A DNA stretch of 64,000 bases, taken from contig CABRFG010000001.1 in assembly GCA_902470095.1 (NCBI GenBank), positions 17,235 through 81,234 of the forward strand, in the 5' to 3' direction. Below are positions 55,651 to 64,000 of the stretch, piece by piece. Source of the stretch: an uncultured Collinsella sp. (lineage in GTDB: Bacteria > Actinomycetota > Coriobacteriia > Coriobacteriales > Coriobacteriaceae). A program made the translations under genes and the position numbers. Below the pieces are notes generated by a model. The model had not been told where the DNA came from. It saw nothing but the letters and a program-made list of their open reading frames with translations, and did no database searches. Numbering within the stretch: the first letter of the stretch is position 1; the number at the start of each line of letters is the position of its first letter.

Positions 55651-55895
55651 AGGGCTGTGGTCAAAAAAAGGCAAATATGAGTACTGCTACCTGTTTAGTA
55701 GCAGCGATTTTGATCACTTCAGGAACCATTCAACGTTCCACTCGTCCGCAGACGACATTATTTCTCCTCATATGTTCAATAAAAGTAGCTCCTAATGGGA
55801 ACAAATCTCATCAGGAGCTACTATTTATAGCAAAATAAATGCAACCATAATGGCAACAGTACTCATATTTGCCCTTTTTTGACCACGACCCTCCA
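55651..55895. mobile_element. 245-bp MITE-like element with inverted repeats of about 38 nt
   Basis: IR-L at 55651..55688 (AGGGCTGTGGTCAAAAAAAGGCAAATATGAGTACTGCT) pairs with IR-R at 55858..55895, about 34/38 complementary. The interior is AT-rich with an AGTAGCTCCT/AGGAGCTACT hairpin. Confidence 0.5.
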
Positions 55896-56289
55896 GAATA
55901 GTCGCTGAGAACGACACTAAATGACAAAATCCGGCACTTGGACGTTCTTATATGAGTAGCCATTGAAGGACACCTAACGACTACTCCCATTCGCGACACA
56001 CTGTGTCGCGAATTAAGCTGGTCCCATTACCGAAGACCAGTGAGAGCTCCTGCCCAGAATCTCGATAGCTTAATAAAGCGCTCCCCTCCGGAAGTTCAAT
56101 GGGCATCCAAATTCCAAGCTGAAAAGCAAAGGAGTATCGAAGCCGTCAATGCTCATTTCCTATCGAACACGCGGGTCAAAACAAGCTAATTAGCCTGATA
56201 AACTGTTTATATTTTTGTCTACAAAACTGTATACAAAAAGAGTATCCGTTGACCTGTGCTCGACATTATGCCGATCGATAGGAGGCGCT

Positions 56290-56556
56290 ATGGACGCTAA
56301 GCAGCTCGAAAAGATGATGGGGTTTGCTCCCGGAGAGTTGGAGAAAGCCGCGAAGGCATACGAAAAAGATGAATGGCCGAAGGGTCGCACCATCAAGCTG
56401 GGAAGGCCGTCGATCTCCGATGAGCCAAGCGTCGTTATATCAGCACGTGTGGGCGAATCGATTCTTGAGGCGTTTGACGAAAAAGCCAAACGCCATGGGC
56501 AAACACGCACGGAGCGGCTCAGAGAGCTCATTACACTTGATGCACTGATTGCCTAG
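56290..56556 (+). CDS. ribbon-helix-helix (CopG/antitoxin-like) protein, apparently orphan
   Basis: Trimmed to the ATG at 56290 after TAGGAGG. The segment VVISARVGESILEAFDEKAKRHGQTRTERLRELI has the RHH pattern. No partner toxin ORF was found. Confidence 0.6.
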   Translation: MDAKQLEKMMGFAPGELEKAAKAYEKDEWPKGRTIKLGRPSISDEPSVVISARVGESILEAFDEKAKRHGQTRTERLRELITLDALIA

Positions 56557-56583
56557 GCCCGCTCCCCCGTCGACCCAAACATA

Positions 56584-56634
56584 TACGCCAGCATCCAAAG
56601 TCGACATTTTTCGACATCTTTGGATGCTGGCGTA
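56584..56634. repeat. palindromic repeat (GCATCCAAAG ... CTTTGGATGC family), copy 2
   Basis: The sequence is TACGCCAGCATCCAAAG TCGACATTTTTCGACAT CTTTGGATGCTGGCGTA, with perfect 17-nt arms in the same orientation as copy 1. Confidence 0.7.
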
Positions 56635-56646
56635 CAGCTTTTATAG

Positions 56647-56716
56647 CTAGTCATTGGGGACACTCATTGGGGACGTTCATAAATGACTAGTCGTTAAAGA
56701 ACGTCCCCGATGACTA
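56647..56716. repeat. copy C of the TAGTCATTGGGGACGTTCTT family (with an internal TCATTGGGGAC duplication)
   Basis: The sequence is CTAGTCATTGGGGACACTCATTGGGGACGTTCATAAATGACTAGTCGTTAAAGAACGTCCCCGATGACTA. It abuts the dus-family stop codon. Confidence 0.7.
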
Positions 56717-56717
56717 A

Positions 56718-57677
56718 CTAACCGTGGAAGCAGGCTATGGGTGCGAGTGGCTGCTCGCGAAAGACGCGCTCGACGGCGGCGCGGTATTCGTCGACTTTTT
56801 TGGTCTTACGTACGAGCTTGTGAACGGTAGCGGGGTCGGCGAAGGCGCATTTGGCGTAGAACCACCACTCCTTCATGCGAAAGACCGCATTGCCGCCAAT
56901 CTCTTCTGCATAGGCCGCAAACAGCGTGTCGTGGAAACGTTGCAGTTCGGCTGCCGTGACAGTGGGACCGCCCTTAACCATGCGAGCCAGCGCGGGGTTC
57001 GCGAGCAGGCCGCGTCCCAGCATTACATGGCGCGTGCCGGGATAGGCCCCCACCAGCGCGTCCATATCCTCAAGATCGAAAATGTCGCCGTTATAGGCCA
57101 CGGGGAACGGCGCACGCTCCAGCGTCTCGCCGTAAAACTCCTTGCGCGGCGATCCCGTATAGCGGTCCTTTTGCACGCGCGGGTGCACGATCAGCTCTGC
57201 CAACGGCATGCGGCAATACAGATCGAGCACGCGCTCGTATTCGTCGTCATTCTCCAGCCCCAGCCTGGTCTTGACCGACACCGGCAACGGCGACCGCTCG
57301 CACACATCGCTTAAGAACGCCTCGAGCTCGTCGAGATTGCGCAAGAAACCCGAGCCCTTGCCCTTGGCGACAACCGTTCCCGAAGGACAACCCAAGTTGA
57401 GATTGACCTCGCGATAGCCCATGTCGGCGAGCACCTGTGCCGCCCACACAAACTCGTCCGCGTTCTTGGACATCAGCTGAGGCACCACGTTGAGCCCCTG
57501 GTTATTGGCAGGATCGATCTCCTTAAACGCCTTGCCGCCAAAGCGGTTTCCCACCCGCGGCGGCGGCAAAAACGGCGTGTAATAGCAATCGAGCGCGCCG
57601 AAGCACTCCGCATGCACGCGACGGAACACATGCCCGGTAATCCCCTCCATAGGGGCCAACGATAGAATCATCAACAT
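56718..57677 (-). CDS. tRNA-dihydrouridine synthase family protein
   Basis: The translation LAPMEGITGHVFRRV ... NLNLGCPS ... VSVKTRLG ... LIVHPR fits the Dus family. Confidence 0.85.
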   Translation of the reverse strand: MLMILSLAPMEGITGHVFRRVHAECFGALDCYYTPFLPPPRVGNRFGGKAFKEIDPANNQGLNVVPQLMSKNADEFVWAAQVLADMGYREVNLNLGCPSGTVVAKGKGSGFLRNLDELEAFLSDVCERSPLPVSVKTRLGLENDDEYERVLDLYCRMPLAELIVHPRVQKDRYTGSPRKEFYGETLERAPFPVAYNGDIFDLEDMDALVGAYPGTRHVMLGRGLLANPALARMVKGGPTVTAAELQRFHDTLFAAYAEEIGGNAVFRMKEWWFYAKCAFADPATVHKLVRKTKKVDEYRAAVERVFREQPLAPIACFHG

Positions 57678-57690
57678 CTACTCTCAGATC

Positions 57691-57727
57691 AATGCGACAA
57701 AGGGACTGCCCCCTTGTCACATGCATT
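57691..57727. repeat. imperfect palindrome of the CAAAGGG..CCCTTG family
   Basis: The sequence is AATGCGACAAAGGGACTGCCCCCTTGTCACATGCATT. The stem has a bulge and mismatches. Confidence 0.4.
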
Positions 57728-57804
57728 ATGCCTTGTGCCTCGGGCGATTCACAAGATAGAGGTGACTACTTGACGATGACCGCCCTTCCAGCCGCCCCCG
57801 CGCA

Positions 57805-57855
57805 ACGAAGGTGAATACTTTCCTGGGAAGTGAACGAGTGAAAAGTATTAGACCT
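57805..57855. repeat. solo copy of the inverted-repeat arm of the 41624..41809 element
   Basis: ACGAAGGTGAATACTTTCCTGGGAAGTGAACGAGTGAAAAG matches ATCGAAGGTGAATACTTTTCCGAGAAGTGAACGAGTAAAAAC. Confidence 0.55.
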
Positions 57856-57872
57856 CGATTTACATGCCGCTC

Positions 57873-57903
57873 AATGTGACAAAGGGGCCGTCCCTTTGTC
57901 ACA

Positions 57904-57905
<2 letters not shown>
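57873..57905. terminator. 14-bp-stem palindrome, CAAAGGG-N5-CCCTTTG family, overlapping the ABC transporter stop
   Basis: The sequence is AATGTGACAAAGGG GCCGT CCCTTTGTCACATT. Confidence 0.6.
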
Positions 57906-61158
<3,253 letters not shown>

Positions 61159-61304
61159 GGACGGCAACCTCTCCTGCACGGGCGCACTTGCCCGCTCTCC
61201 TCCACCGTTCGTATTCGACGTGTTTGTCCTACTCTATCCCCATTTTTTGCCGGTGCCAGTGAGGAATGTAGGGAACCGCATCAAAAAACGAACGGGACGG
61301 CGTC

Positions 61305-61333
61305 CAAAAAAGAGGCCCCAAGTGGGGCCTCTA
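61305..61333 (-). terminator. intrinsic terminator after the TlpA-like gene
   Basis: On the minus strand the sequence is AGAGGCCCCA CTT GGGGCCTCT TTTTT. Confidence 0.75.
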
Positions 61334-61411
61334 TATGGTGGAGATTATCTTGAAAGGCAGCGGACTACTCCGCACAGCGACACACGATCCACGCTATGCT
61401 TTACGCGTTTT

Positions 61412-62383
61412 CTACTGCTCGCTATTCGCAATCGCCTGGTCGATAAGTTTGTCGAGTGCTGCGCGCTGCTCAGCGGAGCTGATGGCTCCCACGATTGGAT
61501 CCCCTACGATGTTGCCATTCTGATCGATGACATACGTTGTCGGGAACGAGAACAGATTTGACGTAAACTTGCCAGCTTCGCTGTCCGACTTGAACCAGAC
61601 GTTCTTATATGTCACACCCTTCTTGCTCAGCACGTCCTTGGCATCTGCAATCTCGCCCTTGTTGCCATCGAGCGTAAAGGAATTGACGCCCACGACCTGG
61701 CCGCCCTTCTTGGCAAGCTCCTTATTCAGGTCCTCAAGGTCGCCCAACTCACCCACGCACGGCTTGCAAGTGGTGAACCAGAAGTTCATGACGGTGACCT
61801 TGTTCTTAGAAAACAGCTCGTCGCTGCTCACGTCGTTGCCATCCAGGTCCTTGCCCGTAAAGCTGGGGAACTTCGTCGCCTCGCTCGAAGCATTGGCACC
61901 AGCCGTCATGCCAGCGGTCGAAGCGTCGACGCTCTCGCCTGCGCTCGGCGTGCTTCCACAGCCGGGGAACTCCTTCTCCAGGCTCTCGAGCTTGTCCTCG
62001 ATCTCCTTGATCTGCTGCGCACCGGCCTTGAGTGTCTTAAGCTCATCCGCCGTGAACTCATCCTTGGCGCCGCCGATGGTCTTGAGCAGGAAATCGCCGT
62101 AATTGCTGCCGTCCTCAATCATTGTCGAGTCTTTATTTGCCGCATTGAATACCTTTTCCCACAGCGCGTTATCACTCGAAAAGATATCGTTCTCCTTCTG
62201 CATGAGTTTTGCATACAACTCGGCGGCCTCGTCGGCATTGGCCGGCTTCTGCGCAGTGAGTTCTGCGATCTTAGGATCGGAGCTCGCAGATTCACTCGCA
62301 TTGCCACCGGGTGACGAACACGCCACAAGGCACAAGGCCAATACCGGCACCATAAACAGGGCCGCAATCTTAGAAAGCTTCAT
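61412..62383 (-). CDS. TlpA/ResA-type thiol-disulfide oxidoreductase lipoprotein
   Basis: The start is set at 62383, 7 nt after GGAGGAA. The lipobox is LCLVACSS. The C-terminal thioredoxin fold has WFTTCKPC. Confidence 0.8.
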   Translation of the reverse strand: MKLSKIAALFMVPVLALCLVACSSPGGNASESASSDPKIAELTAQKPANADEAAELYAKLMQKENDIFSSDNALWEKVFNAANKDSTMIEDGSNYGDFLLKTIGGAKDEFTADELKTLKAGAQQIKEIEDKLESLEKEFPGCGSTPSAGESVDASTAGMTAGANASSEATKFPSFTGKDLDGNDVSSDELFSKNKVTVMNFWFTTCKPCVGELGDLEDLNKELAKKGGQVVGVNSFTLDGNKGEIADAKDVLSKKGVTYKNVWFKSDSEAGKFTSNLFSFPTTYVIDQNGNIVGDPIVGAISSAEQRAALDKLIDQAIANSEQ

Positions 62384-62412
62384 GGTCATTCCTCCGTTTT
62401 GTCGAAGCTTGT

Positions 62413-63315
62413 TTACTTTTTATCGGCGGTCAAGGGAAGCTTTTCCACCGACACATCCAGGCCATAGCGATAGCTGATGGCATCGACGGGACAGGCCCCG
62501 ATGCACTTTCCGCACCGGATGCATTCGACATGATTGGGCGCGCGGACCACATCAACGTCCATCTGACAAACCTTTGAGCACTTGCCGCACGAGACACATT
62601 TGCATGCGTCAACCCGAATCCCCAACAAGGACACCCTATTCATGAGCGCATAGAATGCGCCGAGTGGACAAATCCATTTGCAGAAGGGGCGGTAGAACAA
62701 AACGCTCAGCACTACCACGGCAATGAGAACGGCAAGTTTCCAAGTAAAGAGATGTCCCAACGCAGATCGAATGCCGGCATTAGCAATGGCCAGCGGAATG
62801 GCGCCCTCGAGTACGCCCTGCGGACAGATGTACTTACAAAAGAACGGGTCGCCCATGCCCACGTCGTTAACCACCAAGACGGGCAGCAGCACCACGGCAA
62901 ACAGCAGCACGACGTACTTGATGTACGTGAGCGGCTTAAGCTTTTTCGTGGAGATTTTTTTGCCGGGAATCTTGTGAAGCAGCTCCTGAAGCCAGCCAAA
63001 CGGGCACAGAAAGCCGCATACAAAGCGTCCCAGCAGCACGCCGAGCAAAATGAGCGTACCGGTGACGTAGTAAGAAAAGTTGAACTTGGATGAACCCACC
63101 ACCGCCTGGAACGACCCGATGGGGCACGCACCCGATGCCGCGGGACACGAATAGCAATTAAGTCCAGGTACGCAGACTGTTTTTCCCGTGCCCTGATAGA
63201 TGCCGCCTTTGGCAAAGTTTGGCAGGTGAATGTTGGTGACCAGCGTCGCCGCCGCCTGAATGAATCCTCGAAATCGGGCCAAAACATGCGACGCGGTGTT
63301 TTCTCTTTTATCCAA
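62413..63315 (-). CDS. membrane-bound 4Fe-4S binding protein (NapH/MauN-like polyferredoxin)
   Basis: It has GLNCYSCPAASGACPIG, four TM segments and a C-terminal 2x CxxCxxCxxxCP (CVSCGKCSKVC, CIRCGKCIGACP). The start is uncertain. The TTG at 63315 (GGAG 10 nt upstream) or the TTG at 63282 is preferred over the track ATG at 63402, which would fully overlap the small upstream gene. Confidence 0.7.
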   Translation of the reverse strand: MDKRENTASHVLARFRGFIQAAATLVTNIHLPNFAKGGIYQGTGKTVCVPGLNCYSCPAASGACPIGSFQAVVGSSKFNFSYYVTGTLILLGVLLGRFVCGFLCPFGWLQELLHKIPGKKISTKKLKPLTYIKYVVLLFAVVLLPVLVVNDVGMGDPFFCKYICPQGVLEGAIPLAIANAGIRSALGHLFTWKLAVLIAVVVLSVLFYRPFCKWICPLGAFYALMNRVSLLGIRVDACKCVSCGKCSKVCQMDVDVVRAPNHVECIRCGKCIGACPVDAISYRYGLDVSVEKLPLTADKK

Positions 63316-63454
63316 TTCCGATACACTCCAAGCACAGCCTAATCGCTTTGGCCAGCACGGCATCCGCCTCGCCACGCATAACACCAAAGCACACCATGGC
63401 AACTCCGACGATCAACAAAGCGACCTGTACCATGGGTTTTACCGCTTTGAACAA
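63308..63454 (-). CDS. CD1871A-family small CXXC membrane peptide (not in the ORF track)
   Basis: The TTG at 63454 is 8 nt after GAAAGGAG; an alternative ATG lies at 63433. The translation is (M)FKAVKPMVQVALLIVGVAMVCFGVMRGEADAVLAKAIRLCLECIGIG. One TM segment plus a C-terminal CLECIGIG is the hallmark of this family as I remember it. Confidence 0.6.
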   Translation of the reverse strand: MFKAVKPMVQVALLIVGVAMVCFGVMRGEADAVLAKAIRLCLECIGIG

Positions 63455-63544
63455 CTCGACCACTCCTTTCGTTACGCGACCATTGGACCATATCGACTAT
63501 AAAATCCGTGTTAAGCGCGATTTGGAATGTGCAAGGAGACTGTT

Positions 63545-64000
63545 ATGCGTATTTTGATCGTCGAAGACGAGCGAGCACTGTGCGATGCAATCGCGCGCAG
63601 CTTGCGAAACTTGGCGTACAGCGTCGACTGCTGTCACGATGGACAGGAGGCACTCGACCTGCTGGGCGTCGAAGTCTTTGACCTCGTGGTGCTCGACCTC
63701 AACCTTCCCCGTATCGATGGCATGACCGTGCTCAGGGAACTTAGGAAAACCGACTGCGAGACCAAGGTACTGATTCTGTCCGCACGTGGCGAAGTATCCG
63801 ATAAAGTCGCCGGACTCGATGCCGGCGCCAACGATTACCTTACCAAGCCGTTTCATCTTGACGAGCTTGCGGCAAGGATCCGCAGCCTTACCCTCAGGCG
63901 CTTTGCACAAAGCGACATAGTATTAACCTGCGGAAAGCTCCGCTTTGACACCAAGGCGCGCATCGCTTCCGTGGACAGCGAGGCCCTATCTCTTACGCGC
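63545..64000 (+). CDS. OmpR-family response regulator (3' end beyond the window)
   Basis: The ATG follows AAGGAGA. The translation is MRILIVEDERALCDAI ... DLVVLDLNLPRIDG ... LILSARG ... GANDYLTKPF. The reading frame stays open to the window edge. Confidence 0.85.
   Translation, partial: MRILIVEDERALCDAIARSLRNLAYSVDCCHDGQEALDLLGVEVFDLVVLDLNLPRIDGMTVLRELRKTDCETKVLILSARGEVSDKVAGLDAGANDYLTKPFHLDELAARIRSLTLRRFAQSDIVLTCGKLRFDTKARIASVDSEALSLTR

Noticed and set aside
62712-63335. 207-aa ORF starting at an ATG just downstream of the CD1871A-type peptide gene
   Set aside because: It is in a different frame from the 4Fe-4S protein motifs. Its translation is Arg/Ser/Trp-rich nonsense typical of an off-frame read. 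The polyferredoxin frame therefore needs a non-ATG start.

Overview
This is a 64-kb chromosomal window from a high-GC Gram-positive-type genome. The gene content, an LAxTG sorting signal and a CD1871A-type small protein suggest Actinomycetota, possibly Coriobacteriia; that placement is inference only. I can support about 57 protein-coding genes, two of which look frameshifted. I found no rRNA, tRNA or CRISPR array.

The core content is housekeeping, transport and regulation:
- a short MetE-type methionine synthase
- a TPP riboswitch controlling thiM, a ykoF-like gene and thiE
- trmL, trmO, rlmA, rsmJ and a dus-family gene
- ung and prfC
- a yhhQ-like queuosine-precursor transporter
- MATE, DMT, ClC and K+ channel genes
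- several ABC systems
- LysR, LuxR, GntR and OmpR regulators
- two tandem GGDEF paralogs
- two hybrid sensor kinases coupled to solute-binding domains

The most unusual part is an accessory stretch at about 17.1-28.6 kb. It contains:
- a visibly AT-richer islet with a small serine recombinase and three uncharacterised envelope or orphan proteins, including a translationally coupled DUF4230-like plus 353-aa pair
- a UvrA paralog lacking the UvrB-binding insert, in an operon with a P-loop/wHTH ATPase, with a second paralogous ATPase convergent to it
- a frameshifted Tet(M)/EF-G-like ribosomal-protection GTPase
- a GNAT acetyltransferase

The intergenic DNA is rich in structure that the gene track does not explain:
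- at least four short repeat or palindrome families, some MITE-like
- a 1.1-kb low-GC insert bracketed by direct copies of a composite repeat
- two tandem hyphenated palindromes in front of a YtrA-type operon
- a rod-like structured element of about 155 nt, plus a 3' hairpin that competes with its closing stem, upstream of an ArsC-family gene
- two short ORFs absent from the track: a CD1871A-type CXXC peptide and a 47-aa membrane peptide

All family assignments come from reading the translations. No database search was run.
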